From an uncultured Chloroflexia bacterium (GTDB lineage: Bacteria > Chloroflexota > Limnocylindria > Limnocylindrales > CSP1-4), in the NCBI GenBank assembly GCA_963835335.1, contig CAWIFB010000006.1, positions 136,084 to 200,083 on the forward strand: a DNA stretch of 64,000 nt, read 5' to 3'. The position numbers and the translations under genes are program-made. Below the pieces are notes generated by a model that was not told where the DNA came from, made no database searches, and saw nothing but the letters and a program-made list of their open reading frames with translations. Positions within the stretch are counted from its first letter, which is position 1. Each line of letters begins with the position of its first letter. Below, piece by piece: positions 36,116 to 47,460 of the stretch.

Positions 36116-37591
36116 TCACGATTCCTCGGGCGCCTCGGCGGGGAGGTGGATCGTGAAGGCCGCCCCGCGACCGGGCTCGTCGGGCTCCAGCACCAGGTCA
36201 CCGCTCATCGCCCGGCACAGCTCCCGCGAGACGTAGAGGCCGAGACCGGATCCTTCGCCGCTCGGCCGCGCCGCGCCGCGCTCGAAGCGCTGGAACAGCC
36301 GCTCCCGGTCCGCCGCCGCGACGCCGGGTCCATGGTCCGCGATGGTGATCGCGAGGTCCGAGTCCACGGAGTCGATGGAGATGGTCACCTCGACCGCGGC
36401 CCGGCCGCCGTATCCCACGGCGTTGTCGAGCAGCGCCCACAGCACCTGGTCGAGCTGGTCCGGGTCGGCGAGCGCGAGCCAGCCCTCCGAGCGGTCATCG
36501 ACCGTGAACGGCACCTCTCCGGCGCCCAGCGCCTCCCAGGTGCGGCGGACGCGCGCCGACGGGGAGAACACCTCGAGGCGCGGGCGGAGCACGCCGGACT
36601 GGATCCGGCTGACGGTGAGCAGCTGGCGGACCATCCGCGACAGCCGGTCTGCCTGCTCGGTGATGATCCCCAGCCGTCGGTCCGGAGCCTCGGCGGCCAG
36701 CTGCTGGGCGTAGCCGCGGATGCTGGCCAGGGGCGTCTGCAGGTTGTGCGACACGCCGCGGAGGAAGTCGTCCTTGGCCTCGTCGAGCGAGACCAGCCGC
36801 GCGTTCTGCTGCTCGACACGCGCGTACAGCTGGGCATTGGACATGGCCGCCGCGATCTCGATCGCGAACAGCTCGAACAGGTCCTGGTCGGCGCGCTCCC
36901 AGGTGCGCGTCGCCGGCACGTGGCCGACCAGCGCGCCGAGGACGCCGCCGGCGGCCGACAGCTCGGCGCGCACGGGTCGCGGCTCGCCGGGGACGACCTC
37001 CTCCTCCTCGATCTGCGCCGGGTCGACGAGCAGGATCTCGCAGTCGACCATCCCGAACACGACCCTCGCCCGGTTGCCGGCGCGTCGGGCGAGGACGTCG
37101 GGTCGCTCCTGGAGCGTCGTCTCGGCGAGCGCCTCGAGGACCCGCCGGAGCTCGCGGTTGCGCCGCTCGAGCACGCGGGCGAGCCGGTTGTGGCTCTCGG
37201 CCAGGCGGCTGAACTCGTCATCGCCGGGGAGGTCGAGCGGGGTCGTCAGATCGCCCGAGGACACCTGCTCGACCGCGCGGGCGATCTGCCGGAGCGGCGC
37301 GCCCAGGTCCGCGGCCAGGATCGCGGCGAGGAGGACGCCGAACACGACGGCGATCGCGATCGCCAGCAGGAGGACCCTGGCCACGGTGGTGTCGCCACCC
37401 TGGTTGGCGCCCGTCACCACCAGGACGACGATGCCGAACCCGGCGACGGGCAGGACCGCGGCCGAGATCAGGCCCAGGGTGAGGCGCGCCCGGAACCCAG
37501 GCCCGGACCGGCGGTAGGCGGGTCGCGAGCCGGCGGGCTCGGACGTCGCAGCGCCACCCGCGCCCGCCTCCGCGCCCGCGTCCTGCGTCAC
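36116..37591 (-). CDS. sensor histidine kinase (two TM with ~8-aa outer loop, HAMP, GAF-like, HisKA, HATPase_c)
   Basis: The GTG at 37591 overlaps the regulator stop (GTGA). H-box FLRGVSHNLQTPLASIRG, N-box LLDNAVGYG, G-boxes DHGPGV and GSGLGLYV. The TM pair is separated only by ANQGGDTT. Confidence 0.85.
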   Translation of the reverse strand: MTQDAGAEAGAGGAATSEPAGSRPAYRRSGPGFRARLTLGLISAAVLPVAGFGIVVLVVTGANQGGDTTVARVLLLAIAIAVVFGVLLAAILAADLGAPLRQIARAVEQVSSGDLTTPLDLPGDDEFSRLAESHNRLARVLERRNRELRRVLEALAETTLQERPDVLARRAGNRARVVFGMVDCEILLVDPAQIEEEEVVPGEPRPVRAELSAAGGVLGALVGHVPATRTWERADQDLFELFAIEIAAAMSNAQLYARVEQQNARLVSLDEAKDDFLRGVSHNLQTPLASIRGYAQQLAAEAPDRRLGIITEQADRLSRMVRQLLTVSRIQSGVLRPRLEVFSPSARVRRTWEALGAGEVPFTVDDRSEGWLALADPDQLDQVLWALLDNAVGYGGRAAVEVTISIDSVDSDLAITIADHGPGVAAADRERLFQRFERGAARPSGEGSGLGLYVSRELCRAMSGDLVLEPDEPGRGAAFTIHLPAEAPEES

Positions 37592-38322
37592 GCGCCCGAC
37601 GCCGGCTGCGCGGTGACCAGCCGGTACCCGATCCCCCGGACCGTCAGCAGGTGGGCGGGCCTGGCGGGATCGACCTCGACCTTCTGGCGCAGGCGGCGCA
37701 TCGTCACCCACACGTAGCTGGGGTCCGCGTCCTCGGTATCGACCCAGCCCCGGGCCAGCAGCGTCTCCGTGGTCACCGTCTGGCCGAGGTTGGCGGCCAG
37801 GGCGTACAGCAGGCGCGACTCGGTGGGCGTCAGCGACACGACGTTGCCGCTCACGATCGCCTCGCGCCGGTGGAGCTCGAGCGACAGGTTCGGCCCCAGC
37901 TCCAGCCGCTGCCGTGGCACCCGGTCGCCGAGCCGTCGCAGGACCCGCTGGATCCGCGCCCGCAGCTCCGGGTAGTGGTACGGCTTGGTGATGTAGTCCT
38001 CGGCGACCTCCTCGAGCAGGTCCGCCTTCGAGTCCGCGGTGTCGATCGCCGACAGGACGATGATCGGGAGGTCGGCCCGCGCCTTGACCTCGCGGGCGAG
38101 CGTGAGCCCGTCCATCCGCGGCATCAGCATGTCGATCACCAGCAGGTCCGGCCACTGCTGGGACAGGCGCCGCAGCGCCTCGTCACCGTCGCGCGCGGTG
38201 ACGACCTCGTACCCGTCCGCGCGCAGCTGGTCGGCGAGGATCACCAGCAGGTTCGGATCGTCGTCGACGATCAGGATCCGGGGTGCCGAGACGCCGTACA
38301 GGCTGGGTCCGCCGTGCAGCAT
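37588..38322 (-). CDS. OmpR/PhoB-family response regulator
   Basis: ATG at 38322. Receiver RILIVDDDPNLL...PDLLVIDMLMP...KPY. Winged helix LTPTESRLLYALAANLGQTVT...VWVTMRRLRQKVE...TVRGIGYRL. Confidence 0.9.
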   Translation of the reverse strand: MLHGGPSLYGVSAPRILIVDDDPNLLVILADQLRADGYEVVTARDGDEALRRLSQQWPDLLVIDMLMPRMDGLTLAREVKARADLPIIVLSAIDTADSKADLLEEVAEDYITKPYHYPELRARIQRVLRRLGDRVPRQRLELGPNLSLELHRREAIVSGNVVSLTPTESRLLYALAANLGQTVTTETLLARGWVDTEDADPSYVWVTMRRLRQKVEVDPARPAHLLTVRGIGYRLVTAQPASGA

Positions 38323-38438
38323 GTGGCGAGGATAGCAGCGGCCCCGACGGCCTCGGCGGCCCCGATCGCCTCGCCGTCGTCGCTCGGGCCCCGCCCGCCA
38401 GCCCGGCCGAGCGACGCCCACCCGTACACTCTCACCCC

Positions 38439-40157
38439 ATGCCGGACCTGCCCATCCGCACCTACGAGCGCCGCCCGGCCGAGGTTCATGACTGGGATCC
38501 TCGTGCGGTCGAAGTCGCGCGCCGCGTTGCCGCGATGGTCGATTCCGAGCGCCCGGGCACCCGGGTGGAGCACGTCGGCAGCACCGCGGTCACCGGCCTG
38601 CCCGGCAAGGGGATCATCGATCTCGGGATCGAAGCCTCCCCGGACGAGATCCCCCAGGTCACGGACGCGCTGCTGGGCCTGGGCTTTCAGCGCCAGGGCG
38701 GGATGACCCCGTTCCCGGCCACGCGCCCGATGCTCGTGGGCGCGATGGTCGAGGGCGGCGAGGAGTTCCGGATCCACCTCCACGTGATGCCGCCGGCGCG
38801 GCACGAGCTGCCGGAGCTGGTGGGCTTCCGCGACGCGCTCCGCGCCGATGCGTCGTTCCGGGCCGCCTACGCGGAGACGAAGCTCCGGATCGTCGGGGCG
38901 TCGACGGGCATCGAGCCGCAGGAGCTGTACACGGCCCACAAGGCCGACTTCGTCAAGGACGCGCTGTACCGGCTGGGGATCCGTCGCCCGCCGGCGGATG
39001 CGCCGGAGCCGCTGGCGCCGGGCGCCGTGATCGGGATCATGGGCGGCGGGCAGCTCGGCCGGATGCTCGGCCAGGCCGCGCGCTCGATGGCGTACCGGGT
39101 GGTCGTGCTCGATCCCGACCCCCGGTGTCCGGCCGCCGCCGTTGCCGACGAGGTGATCGTTGGCGCGTACGACGACGTCGACGCTGCGATCCGCCTCGGC
39201 GAACGCTCGGACGTCGTGACCTATGAGCTCGAGCACGTGGGCGAGGCGGCGGCTGCCGCAGCGGGATCGCGGGCGCCGCTCCGGCCCGGTATCGCGGTGC
39301 TGCGCGCGACGCAGGACCGGCTTGCCGAACGGCGGTTCATCCGGGACGTGGGTGAGGCGAGCGCACCGTGGCGCGAGGTGCGCGGGATCGCCGACGCCGA
39401 GGCTGCGGCAGCGTCGCTGGGCTACCCGGTCCGGCTCAAGGTCCCGACCGGCGGGTACGACGGGCGCAGCCAGGTCCGGATCACCGCGCCCGCCGAGGTC
39501 GCGGCCGCGGTCGAGGCGCTGGGCGGCGCGGACGGGAGCCCCCTGCTGATGGAGCAGGAGATCGACTTCGAGGCCGAGCTGTCCGTGGTCTGCGCCCGGG
39601 ACCGCTCGGGCCGGTCCATCGCCTTCCCGGTCTCACGCAACGTCCACGATGACGGGATCCTGGTCGAGAGCGTGGCGCCGGCGCCGGTCCACGAGCTGGT
39701 CGCCAACTCGGCCGTCGAGGTCGCGGACAGCCTCGCGCGGCGCGTGGACCTGGTGGGCGTCATGACCGTCGAGCTGTTCCAGCTGCGGAGCGGCGGCCTG
39801 CTGATCAACGAGCTGGCGCCGCGCGTCCACAACTCGGGGCACTGGACGATCGAAGGGGCGCGGACCTCGCAGTTCGAGCAGCATCTCCGGGCGATCCTGG
39901 GTCTGCCGCTGGGATCGGTTCGACCGCACGGGCCGACCGCGATGGTCAACGTGCTGGGCACGGGAGCCGACCGTCCGGCACGCCTTGCCGGCCTCGACGC
40001 CGCGCTGCGCGATCCGGACGTCCACGTGCACCTCTACGACAAGCGACGGGTGTTCGAGCGGCGCAAGATGGGGCACGTGACGGTCGTCGGCAACGATCCC
40101 GACGACGTGGTCGCCCGCGCCCGACAGGCACGCGCGGCACTCCGCTGGGAGGATTGA
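38439..40157 (+). CDS. purK: GrpB-domain / PurK (N5-carboxyaminoimidazole ribonucleotide synthase) fusion protein
   Basis: One uninterrupted ORF. The N-terminal ~190 aa are GrpB-like ([23 protein letters not shown]...RIHLHV). PurK follows from [18 protein letters not shown], including [16 protein letters not shown]. Confidence 0.8.
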   Translation: MPDLPIRTYERRPAEVHDWDPRAVEVARRVAAMVDSERPGTRVEHVGSTAVTGLPGKGIIDLGIEASPDEIPQVTDALLGLGFQRQGGMTPFPATRPMLVGAMVEGGEEFRIHLHVMPPARHELPELVGFRDALRADASFRAAYAETKLRIVGASTGIEPQELYTAHKADFVKDALYRLGIRRPPADAPEPLAPGAVIGIMGGGQLGRMLGQAARSMAYRVVVLDPDPRCPAAAVADEVIVGAYDDVDAAIRLGERSDVVTYELEHVGEAAAAAAGSRAPLRPGIAVLRATQDRLAERRFIRDVGEASAPWREVRGIADAEAAAASLGYPVRLKVPTGGYDGRSQVRITAPAEVAAAVEALGGADGSPLLMEQEIDFEAELSVVCARDRSGRSIAFPVSRNVHDDGILVESVAPAPVHELVANSAVEVADSLARRVDLVGVMTVELFQLRSGGLLINELAPRVHNSGHWTIEGARTSQFEQHLRAILGLPLGSVRPHGPTAMVNVLGTGADRPARLAGLDAALRDPDVHVHLYDKRRVFERRKMGHVTVVGNDPDDVVARARQARAALRWED

Positions 40158-40161
40158 CGAG

Positions 40162-40665
40162 GTGGGTGAGACGGCGCCGGCGGTGGGGATCGTCGGCGGC
40201 AGCCGGTCCGACTTCCCGGTGCTCGAGAAGGCGCAGGCGGTGCTGATGGAGCTGGGGGTCGAGAGCGAGCTGCGGGTCGTGTCCGCGCACCGGACGCCGG
40301 ACCATCTGTTCCGCTACGCGGAGACCGCCGCTTCCCGTGGGGTCCGCGTGATCATCGCGGGCGCCGGCGGGGCCGCCCACCTGCCCGGGATGCTGGCCGC
40401 GAAGACCCTGCTGCCCGTGATCGGCGTGCCCATCCCGACGCAGCACCTGGGCGGGCTGGATTCGCTGCTGTCGATCGTGCAGATGCCGCGCGGGATCCCG
40501 GTGGCGACGGTTGCGATCGGGAACGCGGACAACGCCGCACTGCTCGCCGCGTCGATCCTGGCGTTGTCCGATCCGGCACTGGCCGAGCGGCTGGCGGCCC
40601 GGCGCGCCGCCCAGACCGATGCGGTGATGGCCGACCCATCGAACACGGAGCCGCTCCCCGGCTGA
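40162..40665 (+). CDS. purE: N5-carboxyaminoimidazole ribonucleotide mutase
   Basis: [17 protein letters not shown]...VVSAHRTPD...[25 protein letters not shown] is the classical PurE pattern. Confidence 0.95.
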   Translation: MGETAPAVGIVGGSRSDFPVLEKAQAVLMELGVESELRVVSAHRTPDHLFRYAETAASRGVRVIIAGAGGAAHLPGMLAAKTLLPVIGVPIPTQHLGGLDSLLSIVQMPRGIPVATVAIGNADNAALLAASILALSDPALAERLAARRAAQTDAVMADPSNTEPLPG

Positions 40666-40724
40666 GCGGTCCTCGCTGACCGCTGCCGCCCCGAGTAGGC
40701 CGGCGCGGCTAGACTCGGGTCGAG

Positions 40725-41234
40725 ATGGACGACGAGCGTTGGGAACCCGGGATGCCCGTGCTGGACCGGCAGCTCGCCCCGGAAGCGGCGGGGCCGGGGG
40801 CGTCGGATGCGGGCACCGGCCACCCGGCGGGAGCGCCCGCAGTCGGGCGGCCCGCAACCGGACCTCGGGACATCGCGCTGCCGGCGAGCCTTCGCGGGCT
40901 GCCCCCCCGCAGCGTGCCCGAGACCGCCCCGACCCCGCTCCAGAAGCACTATGTCCTGCTCTCGGCGCCCGCACTCGTGATGGGAGCGATCGCGATCACG
41001 GCCCTCGAGGCCGGAGCGGGCTTCGGCAGCTGGCTGGTCAAGGTGTGCGTGCTGATCGCTGCCCCGCTACTGATCGTCACGACAGCCGACGCGACGCTGC
41101 GCATCTGGCGGTCCGCGCTGGCCTGGATGCCCGTTGACCGCGGACGAGGCCTGTTCCGGGTCAGCTGGGTGATCGTCAGCGTCGTGTTCCTCGCGCTGAT
41201 CGGGCTTGCCCTCGTGCTCGTGCTGGCCGCCTGA
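40725..41234 (+). CDS. hypothetical membrane protein
   Basis: 169 aa with a Pro-rich N-terminus and three predicted hydrophobic helices. No family recognised. Confidence 0.55.
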   Translation: MDDERWEPGMPVLDRQLAPEAAGPGASDAGTGHPAGAPAVGRPATGPRDIALPASLRGLPPRSVPETAPTPLQKHYVLLSAPALVMGAIAITALEAGAGFGSWLVKVCVLIAAPLLIVTTADATLRIWRSALAWMPVDRGRGLFRVSWVIVSVVFLALIGLALVLVLAA

Positions 41235-41237
41235 CCG

Positions 41238-41912
41238 ATGGAGCGACGCCTGGAGCCCGAGGAACGGGCGCGGCTGGCGGGTCTCGGGCGTGGGCCCGAC
41301 GGTCGCTCGACGGACATCGACTCCGGCATCGGGGCACCGGACTGGATCGTGGCGTCGCTCCGGTTCTGCTCTCGGTGTGGCGAGCGGCTCGCGTTCAGCC
41401 AGCTGCCCGACGAGAGCCGCGATCGGCTGGCGTGCGGATCCTGTGGGTTCATCGCGTACGTCAATCCGCGGCTGGTCGTCACCACGATCCCGATCACGGA
41501 CGCTGGCGAGGTCGTGCTCCTGCGGCGGGGCATCGAGCCAGGGCGAGGGTCGTGGGCGCAGCCCGGCGGCTTCCTCGAGGTGGATGAGACGGTCGCCGAG
41601 GGTGCAGCCCGCGAGACGCTCGAGGAGACGGGCCTGCTCGTGACGCCCGGGGACCTGGTCGGGATCTACTCGCGGCTCGAAGCGGCGGTCGTGGTCCTGG
41701 CGTTCGAGGCGCGGATCCTGGGCGGGGCGTTCATGATCACCCCCGAGGCGCTCGAGATCGAGGCGTTCTCGCCGGGGCACATTCCGTGGGCCGGGATCGC
41801 GTTCAAGACGACGTACTGGGCACTGCGCGACTGGGTCGCAACGCGGCACCCCGAGGTTCCGGCACCGCCCGACTTCGGTGGGGCGGACGGTCCCTGGCGG
41901 CTGCGCGCCTGA
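41238..41912 (+). CDS. NUDIX hydrolase with N-terminal zinc ribbon
   Basis: CSRCGERL...CGSCGF followed by the Nudix box GGFLEVDETVAEGAARETLEETGL. Confidence 0.85.
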   Translation: MERRLEPEERARLAGLGRGPDGRSTDIDSGIGAPDWIVASLRFCSRCGERLAFSQLPDESRDRLACGSCGFIAYVNPRLVVTTIPITDAGEVVLLRRGIEPGRGSWAQPGGFLEVDETVAEGAARETLEETGLLVTPGDLVGIYSRLEAAVVVLAFEARILGGAFMITPEALEIEAFSPGHIPWAGIAFKTTYWALRDWVATRHPEVPAPPDFGGADGPWRLRA

Positions 41913-42238
41913 GCCGAGGCACGCCTGCGCCATGTGAGCGGGCGCTCGTGCCGTCGCTCTGCCGTCGACCCCTGCCAGGCGTCACGGTTTGACCGCAACC
42001 GTCGTGACGATGCTCCGCAGGCGACAGGCCGACGGAAACTCGTCGTCGTCGCGCGCTCAATCGGTTTGTTCGATGCTTCTGGGGCATCGGCAGGACGGGT
42101 CAGCCCGGTTTCTGACGCCTGGTGAGCGCCGGCGCGGCGCGTTCGGTGGCTGAGCGCCAGCGCGTTCAGCGTGCAGTGCGTGCGACATCGGTGCGGCGAC
42201 GACGGTGTCAGCCAATGCGGCGCTGCTAGCATCAAAGG

Positions 42239-43288
42239 ATGGCGACACGGTCCGTTGCCCAGGAGCCGGCACGGCGCAGGGTGGTCGGCGCCCTGACCGA
42301 TGCGCTGGCGGGTCGCCACGTTCGGCAGTGGGTGCTCCTGGTCCTGGTCGTGATCGTGGTCGGCAGCGCCGGTTACGCGCTGCTGTTCGGCTGGTCGGTC
42401 TCCGACGCGGTGTACATGACCGTGATCACGCTGACCACCGTTGGCTACCGCGAGGTGCACGAGATCGCCACGCTGCCGCTGCGCCTGTGGACGATGATCC
42501 TCGCGGTCGCCGGCGTCGCCATCATCTTCGGGACGGTCGGCATCGTGGCCGAAGCGATCATCAGCGAGGCCGCGAGCGGCCGGCGGGAGGCGAGACGCGT
42601 GCGAGAAGCCGTCGAGGCGCTGCGAGGCCACTACATCGTGTGCGGCTACGGCCGGGTCGGCTCCACCGTGGCCCGGGAGCTCGTCCAGGCTGGCGAGCAG
42701 CTCGTGGTCATCGACATCCTGCCGTCATCGCTGGAGCGCGCTGCCCGCGACGGGCACCTCGTGGTCGAGGGCGATGCCACCGACGATGCGACGCTCCGGG
42801 CTGCGGGGATCAGCTACGCCCGCGGCCTGGTGACCGCGATCGACTCCGACGCAAACAATGTCTACGTGACCCTGTCCTCGCGCGCGATCAACGACAGCCT
42901 GTTCATCGTCGCGCGCGCCAACGCCGAGGGCTCGGAGGCCAAGCTGCTCCAGGCCGGTGCCAACCGGGTGGTCTCGCCGTACACCATGGCCGGGCGCCGG
43001 ATCGCGGAGCTGGCCAGCCGCCCCCGGGTGGCCGACTTCATCGACGCCGCGCTGTCGCACGGCAACCTGTCCTTCTCGCTCGAGGAGGTCGAGGTCGATG
43101 ACGAGAGCCCGCTGCTGGGCACCACCGTCGGTGCGCTGCGCGACGAGGGCGTGATCACGCTCGCGATCCTCCAGCCTGACGGCGCGTACGAGGCGAACCC
43201 GCCCACCGGCCGCGACCTTCGAGCCGGCGAGAGCGTGATCGCATCCGGCTCGACCGAGTCGTTGGCCGCGCTCCGCGCGCGCGCCTGA
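42239..43288 (+). CDS. 2-TM potassium-channel-type protein with RCK (TrkA-N/TrkA-C) domains; atypical filter TVGYR
   Basis: Pore helix plus filter [17 protein letters not shown], Trk[20 protein letters not shown], and TrkA-C at the C-terminus. Confidence 0.8.
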   Translation: MATRSVAQEPARRRVVGALTDALAGRHVRQWVLLVLVVIVVGSAGYALLFGWSVSDAVYMTVITLTTVGYREVHEIATLPLRLWTMILAVAGVAIIFGTVGIVAEAIISEAASGRREARRVREAVEALRGHYIVCGYGRVGSTVARELVQAGEQLVVIDILPSSLERAARDGHLVVEGDATDDATLRAAGISYARGLVTAIDSDANNVYVTLSSRAINDSLFIVARANAEGSEAKLLQAGANRVVSPYTMAGRRIAELASRPRVADFIDAALSHGNLSFSLEEVEVDDESPLLGTTVGALRDEGVITLAILQPDGAYEANPPTGRDLRAGESVIASGSTESLAALRARA

Positions 43289-43304
43289 GTCCTCGGGCTG
43301 GATC

Positions 43305-44309
43305 TCAGCCGGCGATCGCTGCGGCGATCGCGATCTCCTGCTCGGCGGATGCCATCGCGGCGCCCACGATCCCCGCGTCGTTGAGCAGCTTGGCGGGGAC
43401 GACCACGGCACGGACGGTCAGGCGGGGGATGAACCGCTCCGATCGCTTGGACACGCCGCCCCCGATGATGAACATCCGGGGCGAGAACAGCCGCTCGATC
43501 GCAAGCAGGTGCTCGTCCAGATCGGCGGCCCAGGCCTTCCAGGAGAGGCCCCGACGGATCCGGGCGGCCGCCGCCGACCGTCGCTCCGCGTCCCGGCCGC
43601 GGATCTCCATGTGCCCCAGCTCGAGGTTGGGCACGAGCATGCCGTTGTAGAACAGCGCAGAGCCGGTCCCGGTGCCCAGCGTGATCAGCAACACCGTGCC
43701 CCGCTGCCCGACCCCCGCGCCGAAGCGCATCTCCGCGACGCCCGCGGCATCGGCGTCGTTGACGATGTGGACCGGACGGCGGAGCACCCGCTCCATGGCC
43801 GCGTCGGCATCGAAGTCGACCCAGCCGGGGTCGACATTGGCGGCGCTCTTGGTGACGCCGTCGATGACCACGGCCGGGAAGCCCACCCCGACGGCGACGT
43901 TCGGCGCGAGCACCACCTCGGTCGAGATCTTCTTGACCAGCCGCGCGATCGACGCGATGACGGCGGCAGGCGCGGATGGCTGCGGCGTGGGGACACGATG
44001 TCGCGGCGAGATGAGCTGCCCTAAATCGAGGTCCACCGCGGCAACCTTGATCCCGCTCCCGCCGACGTCCACGCCGATGCCGATCCGGCGTGCGCCGGGG
44101 TCGATCGGACCGCCGGTGGACGGCGGGGCCTTGTCCAGGTCGTTCTTGACGGGTTTCGCGGCCAGGGCGGCAGCCTCCTTCGCGACCGCGGCGACCTGCT
44201 TCGCCAGGGCCTCCGCCTCGTCTCCCACCGCGCCCTCCGCTCCACTGTCGCGTCCCGCCCCGACGGACTCGTCCCTGCGGCCCTTGGGCGTGCTCTTGTC
44301 GTCGCTCAT
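43305..44309 (-). CDS. ppgK: ROK family polyphosphate/ATP glucokinase
   Basis: ATG at 44309 is preceded by [40 protein letters not shown] and [11 protein letters not shown] are typical of PpgK. The N-terminal ~70 aa are low complexity. Confidence 0.8.
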   Translation of the reverse strand: MSDDKSTPKGRRDESVGAGRDSGAEGAVGDEAEALAKQVAAVAKEAAALAAKPVKNDLDKAPPSTGGPIDPGARRIGIGVDVGGSGIKVAAVDLDLGQLISPRHRVPTPQPSAPAAVIASIARLVKKISTEVVLAPNVAVGVGFPAVVIDGVTKSAANVDPGWVDFDADAAMERVLRRPVHIVNDADAAGVAEMRFGAGVGQRGTVLLITLGTGTGSALFYNGMLVPNLELGHMEIRGRDAERRSAAAARIRRGLSWKAWAADLDEHLLAIERLFSPRMFIIGGGVSKRSERFIPRLTVRAVVVPAKLLNDAGIVGAAMASAEQEIAIAAAIAG

Positions 44310-44534
44310 CGGCTCCTCGTTTCCGGGCCATTCGCGGACGGGATCCGTGTCGCCCAGGGATTCGTATCGGGGGCGGGGTTCCGTCGTCGACCTCGAAGTT
44401 TGCACCGTCCGTCCAGATCGGCGCTGTCCGCCCGCGCCTCGGCCGTACCTTCGTACCGGAGTCGGGACGGCGGTGCGGGCGTACAACAGGAAATGCCGCT
44501 ATCTGCGGCATTGCCAGGGGGGTCCTGACACTCC

Positions 44535-46145
44535 ATGCCCGGCCGCACCTACAGCGCCGCAACGAACGCCATCCGCGCCGGCCTCGTTCGCTGGTACACG
44601 GCGGTCGCCGTGCTGTGGATCGCTGTCGCTGCCGCGGCCGCGTGGCTCGTGGGTCCGGAACCGACTCCCGGTCTCGCGGTGTCGATGCTGCTCGCGGCGC
44701 TTGTGATCGTGCTCTCCGGCATCACGCTGCGCCGGATCCTGGGCCAGATCACGCTCGTCGGCCTCCAGCAGGATGAGCTGCGGTCGGCCTTCGACCGCGC
44801 GAGGCTCGATGCGCTCGCCGACGGGCTGACCGGCCTCGGCAACCACCGGGCGTTCCAGGAGGAGCTCGAGCTCCGGGTCACCACGGCCGATGCCGACTCG
44901 ACGCGGTTCGCCCTGATGATCCTCGATGTCGATGAGCTCAAGCTCGTCAACGAGCTCCAGGGCCACGCCGCGGGCGACGCGCTGCTGCGGGCCACCGGCC
45001 GGATCATCACCGCCGAGCTCCGCCGGCAGGATCGCGGCTTCCGGATCGGGGGCGACGAGTTCGCCGTCGTGCTCCGCGAGTGCGACGCCGACGAGGCCGT
45101 GGCGATCGCGCGACGGATGCTCGCCAGCGCGCTGAGCGGCGGTTCGGGAACGCTGGGCGTGGCGCCGTTCTCGCTGACCATCGGCGTGTCGTCGATGCCC
45201 GGACTGGCCCACGACCGCAAGCAGCTGGTCCACCAGGCCGACGCCGCGCTGTTCTGGGGAAAGCGCCATGGCCGGACGGACGTCCAGCTGTTCGACCCCA
45301 TGCGCCATGGCATCGCGGAGGACTCACGGTCGCTCGAGGAGCTGGCCGCGGCGGTGTCGCGCGTTGCCGCGGGCCGACTGCTGGCACCGGTCTACCAGCC
45401 GATCCACTGCCTCCGGACGGGCCGCGTCCTGGGCTACGAGGGGCTCGTCAGGCCAAAGCCCGGGTCCGGCTTCGCCGACGCCAGCGCACTGTTCGTGGCG
45501 GCCGAATCGACGGGTCACACGGTCGAGCTCGACCTCGCCAGCCTGGATGCCGTGCTGTCCGGGGCTCGGACGCTTGATCCCGATCTGTACCTGTCCGTCA
45601 ACCTGTCACCGCGATCGCTCGAATCCGACTCATTCAAGCCGCACGAGCTGCTGGCCCTGGCCCGCCAACGCGACATCGACCCGATGCGGATCGTGCTCGA
45701 GCTGACCGAGCGCGAGGCCGTGGAAGACCTCGACCGGCTTCGCGAGTCGCTGGCGATGCTTCGCCGCCACGGCGTCCGGATCGCAGCCGACGATGTGGGC
45801 GCCGGCAACGCGGGCCTGCGGCTGCTGCGCGAGCTCGAGTTCGACATCATGAAGATCGACCTGTCGCTGATCCAGGCGGGCGCTCGCGATGATCCGTCGC
45901 AGGCCGTCCTGCGCGCGCTCCTGGAGCTCGCCCGCCGGCGCGGCCAGATGGTCGTTGCCGAGGGCGTCGAGACGCCGGACCAGCTGGTCAGCGTCATCGA
46001 GCTCGGGCTCGACGCGGGCCAGGGGTACCTGCTCCATCGCCCGGGTCCGAACCTGGACGCCGGGCCGCTCGACCTGGCGCGGCTCGCGTTCCCGCCGGAT
46101 CCGGCGCTCACCCCCGCCCGCGCGTCGGTTCCCGCCGCCAGCTGA
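44535..46145 (+). CDS. membrane-anchored GGDEF-EAL protein
   Basis: Two TM, GGDEF domain (LTGLGNHRAF...RIGGDEFAV), and EAL domain (YQPI...GYEGLVRP, DDVGAGNAG, EGVET). Confidence 0.9.
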   Translation: MPGRTYSAATNAIRAGLVRWYTAVAVLWIAVAAAAAWLVGPEPTPGLAVSMLLAALVIVLSGITLRRILGQITLVGLQQDELRSAFDRARLDALADGLTGLGNHRAFQEELELRVTTADADSTRFALMILDVDELKLVNELQGHAAGDALLRATGRIITAELRRQDRGFRIGGDEFAVVLRECDADEAVAIARRMLASALSGGSGTLGVAPFSLTIGVSSMPGLAHDRKQLVHQADAALFWGKRHGRTDVQLFDPMRHGIAEDSRSLEELAAAVSRVAAGRLLAPVYQPIHCLRTGRVLGYEGLVRPKPGSGFADASALFVAAESTGHTVELDLASLDAVLSGARTLDPDLYLSVNLSPRSLESDSFKPHELLALARQRDIDPMRIVLELTEREAVEDLDRLRESLAMLRRHGVRIAADDVGAGNAGLRLLRELEFDIMKIDLSLIQAGARDDPSQAVLRALLELARRRGQMVVAEGVETPDQLVSVIELGLDAGQGYLLHRPGPNLDAGPLDLARLAFPPDPALTPARASVPAAS

Positions 46146-46250
46146 CCTCGGCGTCAGCCCGGCGTTGGCGGCTCGGCCGCCGCGTATCGGCGCGACTGCG
46201 CTGCCCATCGGCGCGACTCCGCCGCGCACCCCGGTCGCTATCCTCGCGAT

Positions 46251-47413
46251 GTGGACACAGCACCGCTCGTCCTCGACATCGGCCTTGTCCTGCTCCTGGC
46301 GGCCGCGCTGGGCTGGGTGGCTCGCCGGGCCGGCCTGCCGGCGGTCGTCGGCTATCTCGTCGCGGGCCTGGCCGTGTCGCCGTTCACCCCCGGCTACGTC
46401 GCGGATCGCCACCAGATCGAGCTGCTTGCCGATGTCGGCGTCGTCCTGCTGCTGTTCGAGGTCGGGATCGAGGTCGACCTCGGCCGGCTGCGGCGGGAGC
46501 AGCGCGGGCTGCTGTGGGCCGCGCCGGCGCAGATCCTGATCTCGACCGGGTGCACGATGGCGGTGCTCTCGGCGCTCGGGCTCGCAACCTTCGGCGCCGC
46601 GCTGCTCGGACTCAGCGTGGCGATGTCATCGTCGGTGGTCGTCGTCAACATCACCCGCTCCAGCCGTCGCACGACCGATCGCCCCACCGAGCAGGCGCTG
46701 CTGGGCTGGAGCGTCCTGCAGGACCTTACCGGGGTCATCCTGGCGGCGGTCATGCTCGCCGTGCTGGGCAACGGCGACCGGCCCCTCGGGGACACGGTGG
46801 CCGGGTTCATCCTGTTCGGCGCGCTGGCGGCCGTCGCTGCGCGCGTCCTGCCCTGGGTCCTTGCCCGCCTCCGCACGTACCACGACCTGTTCCTGATCGT
46901 GTCGGTCGCCGCGGGCCTCACGCTCGCGGCGATGGGCGCGGTGGTGTTCGGGATGCCGATGGCGCTCGCGGCGTTCGTGGCCGGGCTCGCGATCAGCGAT
47001 CGCGCCGAGACCGCGGAGGCCCGGCGCAGGCTGCTGCCGTTCCGCGACGTGTTCGCGGTCCTGTTCTTCGTCGCGGTCGGATCGCTCATCGACCCGGGCT
47101 CGCTGGGCGCTGCGGCCCCGCTCACGGCCGCCCTGGTGGGCATGATGGTGGTCGCGAAGGTCGGCGTCGCGTGGCTGCTCGCACGGATCGCCCGGCTGCA
47201 TGCACGGCCGGGGCAGCTCGCGATCGGGCTGGGGCAGCTCGGCGAGTTCGGCTACGTGCTGGCGGGGATCGGGCTCGCCGCGGGGGCCGTGGACCGGAGG
47301 CGTTCACCGCCGTGCTGGCGGCGATCGTGATCACCATCGCCGCATCGGCGGTCCTGGTTCGGCTGGCGGGGCGGGCACCGGAGGTCTCGTCCTCGAGCCC
47401 GGCGGGGCTGTAG
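46251..47413 (+). CDS. Kef-type cation:proton antiporter (CPA2), frameshift near 47295
   Basis: LPAVVGYLVAGLAVSP...LLLFEVGIEVDL. The C-terminal helix (EAFTAVLAAIVITIAASAVLV) continues in the frame of ORF 46514..47413. One C appears to be missing in gac-c(c)g-gag. Confidence 0.8.
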
Positions 47414-47460
47414 CCCGGCGGGCGCTGTAGCCCGGCGTCCCCGCGTGGTCCGGGCCGGGG

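Noticed and set aside
41913-42238. 325-bp leader upstream of the K+ channel gene, considered as a c-di-AMP (ydaO/kimA-type) or other riboswitch.
   Set aside because: I could not find the conserved ACGGGG / CCCGA-type cores or a convincing pseudo-symmetric fold, only short 5-bp hairpins. A covariance-model scan (Rfam) would be needed.
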